From Strigamia acuminata (lineage: Eukaryota): a stretch of DNA of 64,000 nucleotides. Where the stretch lies: positions 31,868,001 through 31,932,000 of the forward strand of contig OX442314.1 of NCBI GenBank assembly GCA_949358305.1, written 5' to 3'. The notes beneath the pieces are model-generated. The model was not told the DNA's origin, did not search any database, and saw only the letters and a program-made list of their open reading frames with translations. Of this stretch, positions 1 through 11,790 are shown in pieces. The position numbers and the translations under genes are program-made. Position 1 is the stretch's first letter; every line of letters starts with the position of its first letter.

Positions 1-571
1 CAATACTACTTGATTTTTCACACTTTTGCAATAGGTCTAGTGTCCGTACTTCGTGTACGATAAACTCATTCGATTCATAAATTTTAATGATTTAGAGTGT
101 CATTTTATTTTCATGGGACTTGGAACACAGCAAGGAACATGGGTTCATGCACATGTTACCAGAAAAGACATTACTTTGAACTAACTCTTGTATACTTGTA
201 AATGCATAATTGCTGTTTTCCTTTTTCTCGATATTTTGATCTGCCAGTTGCATTGGTTGATCCGCTAGAATCTCTCCATTTGGAATGTTGATTGCTGTTT
301 CATTTACAATCAATCTATCTCTACTTTTGCCCTCCTAAGTATCGAAACAACGTGATTCGATTCTGGCAAAAAAAAAAATCACATCAAAATAATTGTAAAA
401 AATACGAAATTTTAAATTACCGTAATGTAAACGTGTACGGTACGGACTTGTGGAACAAACTGTAGGGTTCGACAGAGGTTCACGTTTCACGTTTGAATAA
501 CGTTCGCATCAAAGCGACTATATATGTGGCACATATAACTTATCCCAATCATCTAAACTTTGATTTTCGAC

Positions 572-2605
572 ATGTCTGTCTCAAATTTGAACTCGCTCTT
601 GGAAACGATTCATATCGAAACTGTCCGCATTCTTCAGAACAAACCAGTTTCTAATGCCGAATGGAAAGCATTCGTTGCCACGGCGCATGCAGTTCATTCC
701 CACGAAGACGGAGAAATAAAAATGTACGCAACCTTCAAAGAAGATGTTTCGACCGCGATTCGGCACGCAAAACGACGACTGTCGCGTCGAAAGACCCAAG
801 AACTCGTCAAAGCATACATCCATGAATGGAAGAATTTTAACGAAGCCAGCAACCTTTTGGCACAAGTAATTCGCCCCGTGCCGACGAAAATTCGGTCGAA
901 ATACGACCAAAATCGCGACAAAGTTGGCAGGATCATGCTAAATGGTTGGAATAATTGCGTGTTATCAAAATTTAAGCAGGATTTACAACGAGTCGTTACT
1001 CAATTAATTGAAAAGGAGAGAAACGGGGAAGTGTGCGAATCGCAATTGGTAATTGCAGTACGCAAATCCTACGTGGATTTAAACGCCGCTCAACTTCTGA
1101 CAGTAGCGGAAGACGAAATTTCCCCCGACCTTCAGCGACTGTTAGGATTGGACGAACCGAACGTCAACTTAAGCAATTTTGGCAACCACAAGTTATCCGT
1201 TTATCGAGAACTCTTCGAGAAAGATTACGTAGCGAACACAAATGCTTTTTACCTCGTTAAAGCGTCCGAGTACTTGGCGACGAACGGAGTCGAGGAATAT
1301 ATGAAATACGCGGATTTGAAGATCAGAGAAGAAGCTGAGAGAGGACAAAAGAATTTGGAATCGGACGACGCCTCGCAACAAGCGCTGACGAGTATTTGGG
1401 GCGATCTATTCGTGGTTCCGTTTAAAGAAACCATCTTAGCGCAATTTGCCGGGATGGTGAAGCAAAACGACGCCGAAAACCTGCAAATTATGTATCGATT
1501 GATGAGTCTAATGCCCGATGACTGCACCGCAATGCTCGCGAAATTAGAGGAGCCCATAGTGGACGTGTGCTTGGCGGAGATGTCCGGAAGTGTTCTTGAG
1601 GATAGCGCGAAATACGTGCAACGACTGCTGGATCTCTTCCACAGGTTCAACCGATTGGTCGACGTGGCGTATTTAAATGACCCGACGGCTCTTTCGTCTC
1701 GAGACAAAGCGTTCAAGACAATCACCAACGATTGCAGCCAATGTGCGGAGTTTTTGGCCAATTTTTGTGACATGTTGTTGCGGAGGACGCAACTGCGCAA
1801 GAAACTCACTTCCGGAGACATCGACGGCAAGTTGAAAGACGTGATTTCGTTGATAAAATATTTAGGCAACAAAATCGTCTTCATGAAATTCTACAAGTCG
1901 CATTTGACGAGGCGTTTGGTCTTGGAGACGTCGGCGGACATCGAGATGGAGGCGGAAGTGGTCGAAAACATGAAGGACATTGGAATGTCGTCCGATTACC
2001 TGTTCAGGTTTAAGCAGATGTTGCGTGACGTTAAAAGCAGCCGCGATTTAAATCACGACTTCCGGCGAGACCGCTGCAATCTTTATTTTTCGACTAAGGT
2101 TTTCAGCGCTTCCGCGTGGGATCGGAATAATGAAGTGGTTCCGGTTTCGTTGCCGGCCGAGCTCGGGAGATATTGTTCCGACATGGAGGTTTTCTATAAG
2201 AAGCAGCACCAGGAGTCAAGGAGGAAACTTATTTGGCAGCATCAGTTGTCGACTGGGACGATTTCGTTCGCCAATTCGGTGGGCAAGTTTGATTTGGAGG
2301 TGACGTGTTTTCAAGTGACGGTGCTGTTCGCTTGGAACGAGCGTCCGCACGAGCTGATTTCGTTCGGAGAACTTGGGTTGGCAACCGAGCTGTGCGAGGC
2401 GGAGTTGAGGAGAACGATGTGGTCGTTGGTTGCGGTGGGTGTTGTTGTGTGTCGTCCGAAAGTTAAGTCGGCGTCGGAGTTGGAAAAGGACACGCGGTTT
2501 TGGATAAACGACGAGTTTGGTTTGGTTAGGAATGGAAAAGTTGAGAAACGAGGAAAGATCAATTTGATCGGACGATTGCAACTGTCAAGTTGTAGATCGA
2601 ATTGA
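572..2605 (+). CDS. cul5-like: Cullin-5-like protein, intronless, lacking the C-terminal neddylation (WH-B) domain
   Basis: Single 677-aa ORF from ATG 572. Cullin-5 motifs: KAYIHEWKNF, ERNGE...SQLVIAVRKSYV, ELFEKDY...FY, AEFLANFCDMLLRRT, VFMKFYKSHLTRRL, GKFDLEVTCFQVTVLFAWNERP, KRGKINLIGRLQL. It stops immediately after the last motif. TATATAT at 519-525, AATAAA at 2672-2677. Confidence 0.88.
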   Translation: MSVSNLNSLLETIHIETVRILQNKPVSNAEWKAFVATAHAVHSHEDGEIKMYATFKEDVSTAIRHAKRRLSRRKTQELVKAYIHEWKNFNEASNLLAQVIRPVPTKIRSKYDQNRDKVGRIMLNGWNNCVLSKFKQDLQRVVTQLIEKERNGEVCESQLVIAVRKSYVDLNAAQLLTVAEDEISPDLQRLLGLDEPNVNLSNFGNHKLSVYRELFEKDYVANTNAFYLVKASEYLATNGVEEYMKYADLKIREEAERGQKNLESDDASQQALTSIWGDLFVVPFKETILAQFAGMVKQNDAENLQIMYRLMSLMPDDCTAMLAKLEEPIVDVCLAEMSGSVLEDSAKYVQRLLDLFHRFNRLVDVAYLNDPTALSSRDKAFKTITNDCSQCAEFLANFCDMLLRRTQLRKKLTSGDIDGKLKDVISLIKYLGNKIVFMKFYKSHLTRRLVLETSADIEMEAEVVENMKDIGMSSDYLFRFKQMLRDVKSSRDLNHDFRRDRCNLYFSTKVFSASAWDRNNEVVPVSLPAELGRYCSDMEVFYKKQHQESRRKLIWQHQLSTGTISFANSVGKFDLEVTCFQVTVLFAWNERPHELISFGELGLATELCEAELRRTMWSLVAVGVVVCRPKVKSASELEKDTRFWINDEFGLVRNGKVEKRGKINLIGRLQLSSCRSN

Positions 2606-3199
2606 TGGGGATTCGCAAAAATATTCCCTAAATTTTATTTGTCTTAAGCTTTATGAATTTTAATTAAACATAATAAACACATTAATTCTTTTTCGAATCA
2701 TTTTTCACACATTCGATTTGAAAGTTTACATATTTTTATACTATCTTCTACTTGTTCATATGGTTAATTTCGTAATTTAAACATATTTTATTCCAAACCA
2801 TCAACAGTTGGAGTTTAGACAACTACTGTGGAAACGGCAGAAACTTTGATGCCAAATTAGTAGACATTGCATGCAGTTTATTTACTTCTGCTGTAAAAAT
2901 GGCGTCGTTTATGCATTTAAGAGCGACCCGCAGATGGGACAAAATCTCATTTTAAAATCTAGATTTTATTCACCATTGTTGCGTATTTTCTTGCCGCATG
3001 TCATGCTTTTTCTGCAGTTTTTGCTCCAATGTTGTCGGGAAAACATTCTCATTCGCTTCGACGTGTGGGGAATAAGCTATTGAAGAGACAAAAAAAAAAT
3101 GTATTTCATCCTCATTTTTGACTAATTTTCCCCCTAAATTGAGATTTCCCCCCCCCCCCCAAGTAAACAAAATAACTCCCCTAACTGTACTTTTCCCTA

Positions 3200-4069
3200 A
3201 TAATGTATTTCCCCCCAACCAAATAACCCCCACTTTCAATAACACCTCCTACGTATCCCAAACGTTACCCATTGTTAAAAGTTTGTTCCTTAGAAAGTGG
3301 CGCGAAGATAGATTACTGGATTCTAGATTACTTTGAAGCTGAATACCTGGAACAATTCGTCGGCTGGTACACGGGGCACTTCAGAGACGCGCCATGCACC
3401 AACAACGGCTTGGAAGCGACTAACAACAGCATAAAAACACACGAGACACTGCGGGAGAGACTGGCAATTGACGTCTTCATTGGTAAACTGAAAGAGATGG
3501 TGAAATGTTGGTCTTTGGAAAGGAACATGGAATCCGTCTGGATGTTTGCTATTACGGCAACGGTTACCTTGCAGCACTACACAGACAGTTATAATTGGAA
3601 AAGAACAAAAGTTAGCGTGATTGTCCGTGATCATCTGAAGTCGTACTATGTCACCCCTGGTGGACAACCGAATTTAACCGACACCAGTTTTAATTTAACA
3701 TATACCTGCGTCAAGAGGAGCGGAAAAGTTGGTGCCGGTTCGACACATACCTGCACTCGAGAAATAGTTTGTGGCAGGTTCGCATTGCAAATGATGAATG
3801 GAGTACGGGAACTTGTACATGCCCTGTGTTCGCAAAGATTTACATTTGCAAGCACATTGTGGGAATACCAATTATTGAGAACTTGCTTGTTGTGCCACCA
3901 GAGGCTAAAAATATTCCCACTGGCCAAAAAAGAAAGCGCGGACGACCAGCAAAAGCGAAGAGGCCCTTGTGTACACAGTGAGACGACAACCTTCTGACAT
4001 TGGAATTACGTGGGGGGTACCTTCGAAATTTTTGGCGGTGAAATGGGTTGGGGAGGGGGAAATACATTA
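3200..4069 (+). mobile_element. Decayed Mutator-like (MULE) DNA transposon remnant with frameshifted transposase C-terminus and SWIM zinc finger
   Basis: ORF 3272-3997 has TNNGLEATNNSIK (MULE-type catalytic-E region). Overlapping frame 3769-3981 has a SWIM finger CTCPVFAKIYICKH and a KRKRGRP tail. TAATGTATTTCCCC..AACC (~3200-3220) is mirrored as an inverted copy at ~4046-4069. Confidence 0.65.
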
Positions 4070-4294
4070 ATGCCAAATTTAATATATGCCTGTCTTCAGA
4101 CATACACAATTACACATGTCATGAAAGTCATGAAGATAATGGAATTATTATTACTAGTATTGTACGTGTTGAAATAAATTTCAAAAGTTTTATTATGGAC
4201 AGTAGATAAGCACACACAAACACACTATCACTCACGCACTCAGAAAGTTGAATCTGAGTCTAACACAAACAAAAATAAGATAAATTCAATCCTG

Positions 4295-5911
4295 CTATTC
4301 ATCAACAATAACGTCAAAATGGATGCACCCATCAAAATTAGTTGGCGTCTTGTATTCATTCACTTTGGTCATCGTGTTTAACGAATACACGTTGTACGCC
4401 ACGTCTGTTTTTGTGAATATGAGGCAGTCGTCGTCGTAAGGGACATACAAGAAAACATCACCATCGATGTTCAGCGACGAAACAACACTCCAGCAGTCAT
4501 TTTCGATGTCGTAGATTAACAAACTGCGATTTGGGATTTGTTGAACAAAAATCAACTTTTCATAATAATAACATTGAACGCGATTTTTACACGTGACGCT
4601 TTGCCAATTGCCCGGTAATTTTTCTTTTGTCTCACAGGTTTTCGAATCCAAGTTAACAATCTTTATGCGCGTCTCGTCTACATCGAAATAATACCTCCTT
4701 TCTCTATCTATCAAAGTTACCAAAAGCAAAGATTTGCAATTCGAGATGACATCATGAAAATCAATGATATTCCTCCATTGTAAGTTGTAATGAAAACGCA
4801 AATAAGTGGAATTTGTTCGTCTAAAGAAGATGTTTAAACAATCGCCGGTTTCACATGATATATCCATAGCAACTTCCTCGGGATGTTCGAAAATGCCATC
4901 CGTAGTCACGTCAATTGCTTGAAGTCCCAATCGATTTGGCCTGACAGTCACGCAAACAATCTTTCTCCCATCCAAAATCATTGGATACCAATCCGTTGCG
5001 GCGCAGCTGTGATGAGGCCGATCGACCAAAGTCTCCCACTCCTCGTGGTTTAAATAAGAAATTTTTTGGGTGAACCTTTCGCTCGTAACTTCAAAAACAG
5101 ATATTTCAACTTTTTTCGACATCGTTGTTACCCACTTTGAAGTAACGGCTTTGCTTACTGCGCTGTATATTTCTGCTGATTTGGTAACGACGTCGGATGA
5201 AATCAGTTGGTGAAGCGAATGTTTCGACAATTCCTCAATACCGTACTCGGATAGAAAATTCAACTGACGTTCGGTCTTGCACTCCGTTCCGGGTGACTTG
5301 ATAATCCAATTTAAATTGAACACAATCAAGTCACCAGCATTTTCGGATGTCTTGACTTCAGATAGACTTTGCATTTGTGCAGCCGTGATTTTGCCAAGTT
5401 GATCGGTCGCGGAGATGAGTTTCGTGTGGTGTGACACAAACAGTCGAACGGCTTTCAGCGTTTCGTCTTGGTTGAACAGTTCCGCCAACTGCCAAATGTC
5501 TACAAAGTTGTCCGCGGTCACGGAATCTGTATACTCGGTCCAGTAGTTGTCAAATAGGTCCCGCAACAGCATTTTGTTAGCTGCAAAGAATATTTCTCGC
5601 AATACAGCGTCGGATATTTCGGCGAGGATGGGAATATGTTGCGCGTACAAGAATTTGATGGTGATTCCCATGACGACGGAAGATACGTCCGGGAATGATG
5701 CTTCGTTCGTTTCGTTCTCGATGTTGTCGTGGCTGAACATTGCACCGAAATAATCACTTTCGGCGACCAATTGACATTTATCGGCAAGCACACGTCCACC
5801 GTCGTTGCACTTTAACACAACCATGCCCACTCGTCCTTCATCTCGCGAATTGTACAAACTAGTCATAAGTTCAAGATTTTTTTGTGTTTGACTCACATTA
5901 TCCGACGCCAT
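4295..5911 (-). CDS. BTB/POZ-BACK domain protein with a divergent C-terminal kelch-like/beta-rich region (538 aa, single coding exon)
   Basis: BTB motif VVLKC.DG.RV.ADK..L.AESDYF.AMF...E.....F.DVS.......IKFLY; BACK-like VTADNFVDIWQLAELFN; kelch-like IYDIENDCWSVV. ATG at 5911 (AAAATGG context) follows a likely 5'UTR acceptor TTTCCAG at ~5942. Confidence 0.82.
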   Translation of the reverse strand: MASDNVSQTQKNLELMTSLYNSRDEGRVGMVVLKCNDGGRVLADKCQLVAESDYFGAMFSHDNIENETNEASFPDVSSVVMGITIKFLYAQHIPILAEISDAVLREIFFAANKMLLRDLFDNYWTEYTDSVTADNFVDIWQLAELFNQDETLKAVRLFVSHHTKLISATDQLGKITAAQMQSLSEVKTSENAGDLIVFNLNWIIKSPGTECKTERQLNFLSEYGIEELSKHSLHQLISSDVVTKSAEIYSAVSKAVTSKWVTTMSKKVEISVFEVTSERFTQKISYLNHEEWETLVDRPHHSCAATDWYPMILDGRKIVCVTVRPNRLGLQAIDVTTDGIFEHPEEVAMDISCETGDCLNIFFRRTNSTYLRFHYNLQWRNIIDFHDVISNCKSLLLVTLIDRERRYYFDVDETRIKIVNLDSKTCETKEKLPGNWQSVTCKNRVQCYYYEKLIFVQQIPNRSLLIYDIENDCWSVVSSLNIDGDVFLYVPYDDDCLIFTKTDVAYNVYSLNTMTKVNEYKTPTNFDGCIHFDVIVDE

Positions 5912-7005
5912 TTTGATAGCTGTTAGTGGAAATGACTGGTCCTGGAAATACAAAGCTTGTATACACAGTATATACACGATTTTTGATCACGTCTACATGT
6001 CGTTATACGATAAAACGAACGGTGGTCGAAGACGATCAGTACGGCGGAATTTGTATTTGTTTTAATTAATATTATTTCTTTGAAAATATAATAATAATTA
6101 ATAATAATAATAATTTGATTATACGGTTTAGCGTCTTGCCCTAAATTTTTTTTCCAAATTAATATATGGACGTGGATATCAAATTCAAATACCAGTACTA
6201 TTTAATGTTCATATTAATAACTAATATTAAATATTCTGAAATGCAATTCCGATTTATACCATCAAATAAAATTGCGTGCCATACCTTGGACGATGTCACC
6301 TAAAATGTAACATCCACAAAACATCACGGAACTGTAAACACACGCCAAGACAACTCAGAAATGGGTGCAAGCAGATACTGCAAGTAAAAGCTGACAGTTC
6401 ATCCACTAAATGGCACCACTCGTCACGGCGTAAACCCCCAATGAAATAAGTATTGCAGTGAAGCAATTTCAGGATGTTTTGTTTGGCAACACACACCAAA
6501 AAACCAAAAATACATTCAGCAGTAATATTTTTATAGTTATTATTATTTTGATGATTTTTGTGTGTTCAATTTTGAATTGTTGGAGGAGAGGATTGAATTA
6601 TTTTGTGTGGTGCATTGTTAGCATTATTTATTAATTATTAGGATCTAATAGTAGGCTTAAAACTGCGAATGCCGATTGAAATTCGTAAATAATCTGCATA
6701 GAATGAATATTTTTATTTCATGGAATTTAATATTGTACAGATACAACTTGGGCGATGCTTGAGTGACATTTCTTTATTTTGAGGTTTTAAAATTTTATAT
6801 TTTCATGCAAACAACATCACTAAAATGCTAGTAAAATTTTATAAGAAATACTTATGTCGCTGTGCTGCAGGGAGCACAAGGGGAATGGAATGGAATGCCA
6901 TTTTTACGTCACGTGATCAAATTTATGTAGTTATTTAAATTGTTTATTCTTATTAAAATTATAAAATTGCAAACTGCAAAAATGAGATGAAATTAAAGCT
7001 TTGTC

Positions 7006-7080
7006 TTAAACAACAGTAACGTCAAAACAGATGCCCCCATCAAAATTTGTTGGCATTTTGTATTCATTCACTTTGGTCAT
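7006..7080 (-). pseudogene. 3'-terminal fragment of a second BTB-gene paralogue
   Basis: Translates MTKVNEYKMPTNFDGGICFDVTVV*, versus MTKVNEYKTPTNFDGCIHFDVIVDE* at the end of the 4295-5911 gene. Similarity ends abruptly at ~7081. Confidence 0.8.
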
Positions 7081-9839
7081 CAGTTATTTTTAGTTGGTGT
7101 TATCACCACCAGATGGGTATTGCTACAAAATCAAAAAGCAAAAACCCGATAAAATATATTGGAAATGCGAGAGCTGGAAGGATGGTTGTAAGGAATGCTG
7201 AAGTACGACTTCGGACACTGTCCAGCCGCAAATTTTGATTGAGGCTTCGGAGCATTAAGTGAAAAGCAATAAATTGGAAAATATGTTTTGAAACCATATA
7301 GGTTCTGTGAACGCATAGCAGTGAAGTCCGCCACTAAAGCGTTTTATAGTTTGTTTTCTGACCAATAGATGGCAACCTCCATGTTCTATCTCACTTGGCA
7401 GTTTGTTTACCCAAGGATATATCCTCGGTTTATCTGTTGTGTGTGAGAATGAGTTTGTTTATCCAATGATACATCCTTGGTTTATCTGTTGTATGTGTGA
7501 GACGATACCAAAAAATGACTTACAAATGTATATATATTTTTTATCATAAAAAAACAATTAGAAATCAACTAAATATATGGTTCAAAAATATATTGCATTT
7601 ATACAGTATTACAGTGCATTTGAGAATGCATTTTCTAATACTTGTTTGCATGCTATTGGTTTGCAAATGATAATACTTACATTTTCTAAAATTCTACAAA
7701 TAATATTATTTGTCATTCCTATGAATCTGTTGTCGTAATACATTTTTCTAAACATGTTCTAAAATAAATTTCAAATACTAATGTTAAAGAATTGCAAATG
7801 CATAATTTAATACACGAACAATACACGTAAATCCCACGAAGTGCTCTACATTTTAGAATGCATTAATTGGGCAAACCTAAAAATACATTGTAAAATATAT
7901 AATTGCTTCTGGGAAATCCCTTTTATTTGATACAATCCAAAGAGTCGATCCGTTTGAATCTTTGTTTCATTTCGTCACGTGCGCGCTCACTGCCCAGCAG
8001 TTCCCGCCCGAGTTTAACTCAATTTGTTGATGAGATGCGAACAGCATTTCTAAAGTGTTTGCGAGAGGGGGATTCACATCCACCAACGAACTACGATGTT
8101 TGGGTGTGCTTTTTAAGTGCACGTGCCAGTTTGTCGGCTGCCATCTGGCGAGTGGCATGAGCCCAGCGTAATTTAAACCAAGAAGGAAAAACTTACAGCA
8201 TCTGTCAGCGCAAGAAAAAGAGTTAAACACCCACCAAAACACCACCCTCATGCCCACTTAAACGACCCCACTCTATAATTCTTATCCCCCACACTTTTTA
8301 TCAACAACTCGTGAATTTTATACGCAAAAAAAAACCCAACCCCTCAAAAAAAAAAATTAAAATTAAAATTAAAAAAAATAAATAAATAAATGTTTAATTT
8401 TTGTTTGATTTCAGTTTTATTTTATTATCCGATAATTTGAATGAGATACTTGACCTTTATTCGTGGGTTCTCGAGACGTTTCCTCATCTCGACATTTTCC
8501 CACGTTTTTGTCGGGTAGGCGGGACATGGAGAACGGAAGCTCCCTGCCTCCGGCCACGCCGGAAATGGGTGCTTCGGGTGCACCCAACGCTCATTAACCC
8601 CTTCCTTCCATCGAATAGTTCACCTATCGTTCTGATTTCCTCATTTTTGCACCGCAAATGCGGAATTTCGTCACTTTTCCGCCGTTTTCGACCCGATTTT
8701 CGACGTTAATCGGCGGATTATCGCGTGCGCGCGCACAAAAGCGGGTAGTTTTTGCCCGACACGAAACCGGAAACTGCAGATAGGCAGTTAGGGTCACCGG
8801 AACTGGGTATGTAAGTATTCGCGTGGCGGCCGCGCGCCCACCTTCCGCCCTGCAGGCGCGCGCAATTATGTGGACAGGTAGCCGGAGCACAGGTGCGGCT
8901 CGGTGATGTGATGAAAAAGCAGCCCTCGCCCCGCCTACGCGTCGCCCGAGACGCACAGGTGTCTCGGATACTGGAAATGAACTCAGGTGTAATCTTTAGC
9001 TTTGTCCACTTTGACGGTGGTCAGTTCGTGTCAAATTACAGGCATTTTTTGTGTTGGTCAGGGAGGGGTGTTCGGGAGTGGACATGGGGTCTGTAATCAG
9101 GCCAAATGAAACGCGAGGGATGGACACGACGTGGTGACCGTTCATTTTGGGGGTTTTTGGAAATTGAATTAGAAGACTCGAGGTGGAGCGAATGATGTAT
9201 GGAAAGGGAAATGTCACGTGATTTTTTGATTTACCTTGAGATGTTCTAGGATGTATATAATAGACGGTGATTACGGTGGGGATGGAGTTCGTTTTGTTTC
9301 GTATGGGGGGAAAAAAGTGGAGGAAGACACAAATTGGTCAGTGGAGCGGAACTAACAGATTTCAACTCGCACGTCGTCAGAAAAATGATTCATGAAAAGT
9401 GTGTTGTTGGTGAAAACGGAAATAAAAAAAGTTATTCAATCAAGGTGGAGTTTTTTTTTATTTTTTTTTTTATTTTTGAAATTGTAGTGGGTTGTTTTTA
9501 ATTTTGTTGATAATTGGGATGTGAGGAAAGCAAATAAAGGAAAGGAAACGGATTGTTATTCGTGTTTTTCATCAATGTGGAAGGTTTTGTTGAATTATAT
9601 TTTTCGTTGTAAACGTGATGGAAGTCGGCTGGGAATTTCTAAACTGCCCAAAAATAGTCCAGAATATGTAAAAATAGCAAAAAATAAGCTACCTGAAAGG
9701 TAAATAAATGGAACAAAATATGAAGAAGGAAAAAATAACAGCTAAAATAATCCTAAAAATTTGTTACAAATTTTTTTAAAAAATAGCTAAATAATAACAA
9801 AATAAGTTTCAGATGTAAACGATAGCTAAAAATATCAAC

Positions 9840-10040
9840 AACAAAATAGCTAAAAGTATGAAACATAGCTAAAACTATCTAAAAATTTGTTTAAATTATC
9901 TAAAATTTAGCTAAAAATATCTAAAAATTTAGCTAAAAATATCTAAAATTTTGCTAAAAATATCTAAAATTTTGCTAAAAATATCTAAAATTTAGCTAAA
10001 AATATCTAAAAAAAAAAAAAATAGCTAAAAATATCAAAAA
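9840..10040. repeat. AT-rich minisatellite, ~21-bp unit (CTAAAAATATCTAAAATTTAG)
   Basis: Visible tandem units. Confidence 0.8.
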
Positions 10041-11569
10041 GTATGATTAAAACTTAAAAGCTGCAAAACCTAGCTAAAAATAGCACAGAGAAAAACTAGC
10101 AAAACTTCCTTTTTGTTTAACATTAGAAAAAATTTCCAAAAAATTTTCCTGAACCCATACCATACATTGACTCTTCTCCTGTTTCATTTTTTAAATACAC
10201 ACTACTTTTACAACTTACATTTACCTGTATCATTGACATAATCTAAAACACTCGAATAAACCTGCAAAACCTGAAAACCCAGTACACAAACCACATATTA
10301 CATTCAAAAAGATATCCAAAAAATGGCCAAAATTCGTTCCAAAATGATTAAAAACTCCAAGTTACTCCACATCCAATTGAGAAACGCTTTGAGACAAACT
10401 TGGGATGAGAATTCCCCCCCCCCCCCTCAATCAACCAACCCCCCACAACCCCAACTTTTCTCATTCCCTGGGAAATGAAAAACCTTACCCGAATCCACTT
10501 CAACCTTTACCCATCAGACCTCAATTATCAAACGCGATCCACTCCAAACATGGCCTGATACATTGACGCACGTGACCCACACGTGACCAGATCAAACCTG
10601 GAGACGCGCCAGATTAAGCAACACGCGGCTCACTATCTGCCTCCATTCGATACGGATTACAGCAGAACTCTGGGAACAAACGAGCCACCCAACATTTTCA
10701 TTTTTCTAATTACATTTTTTCTTCTTTCTCTCTCTCTCTCTCTTGTTGTGGTGAATCAAAATTGTATATTTTTCTAGAGGGGGGTATTGTGGTATGGGAT
10801 GGTTGACGAAACAATGGTGTTGGCAGCACGGGAGCTGCTCATTACCTCGCGCCAATACATCATCCACCTCCTGCCACGGTGCGCCGGCCTCGAGGCACCG
10901 CACACGGAGCCTTAATAAGGGTTGCAACTTGGGTGGACAATTAAAGAGGAGGAAAGAAAAGTTATAAAATAAAAATAGGAAAGAAAAAAAGAAAAAAAAA
11001 GTTCAATAAAGGTTGCGCGGGGGGAATGTCAATTGATTTAAATGTGTTTTCAATTGTTTGTAATTATAATTAATTTTTTGGGGTAGGTTGTCATTAATTG
11101 GAGTCGTGAGGGGCCGCCTTTGGGGATTTTTTGGGTGTAAAGTTAAACGAAGGTGGGTTAATTACTCGCTTTTCAGGTAATGCTAGAAGGTGCTGGAAGG
11201 TGACATTTTGATTGATCTTCTTTTTTTTTTTTTTTTTTTTTTTAGGGGTATAAATGGGAAAGAAGTGAGGTGAAAATATAATCAGAGAATGTTTGTGATG
11301 AATGGAATTGTGGTTTGGGTAATGGTTTGCGGTGGAAGAAAAGGTGAGATTGTTGTATTAATAGTTTTTTTTTTAAATTTCTGTTGGAATTATTCAACCA
11401 TTTCCGCCATGTGACGTTAGTGTATTTTTTGGGTGTGTAAACCACTTCGTTTGTTCAATGAAATCAGTTCTTCGGTTTTTTAAAAAGAATTAATTTTATA
11501 GCTTTTATTTTATTTTTTTTTATTTTTTTTGTTTTTATGAGTTGGGATATTGTTATTTGTTCAATTTTA

Positions 11570-11790
11570 GGTTTTGCGGATTGTTGTATTATTGTTTTGT
11601 TGTAATTTTTGGTTTTATGCATTGTTATATTATTGTTTTGTTGTAATTTTTGGTTTTTAAATTGTTGATTTGTTTTTATTTTTAGTTTTATATTGTTGAT
11701 TTGTTTTAATTTTTGGTTTTGATATTGTTGCTTTGTTTTAATTTTTGGTTTTGATATTGTTGCTTTGTTGTAACTTTTGGTTTAATGGGA
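11570..11790. repeat. T-rich degenerate tandem repeat, ~31-bp unit
   Basis: Recurring ATTGTTG..TTTGTTTTAATTTTTGGTTTT units. Confidence 0.65.

Noticed and set aside
92..313. 73-aa minus-strand ORF at the left edge
   Set aside because: Non-ATG start and no recognisable family; cannot be supported from this window.
572..5911. Viral (poxvirus-like) origin for the intronless cullin plus BTB-kelch pair
   Set aside because: No viral core genes nearby; host retro- or tandem duplication is simpler.
6285..6499. Exon-like stretch ending near a GTATGG donor
   Set aside because: No frame stays open up to the donor over a useful length and no homology was recognised.
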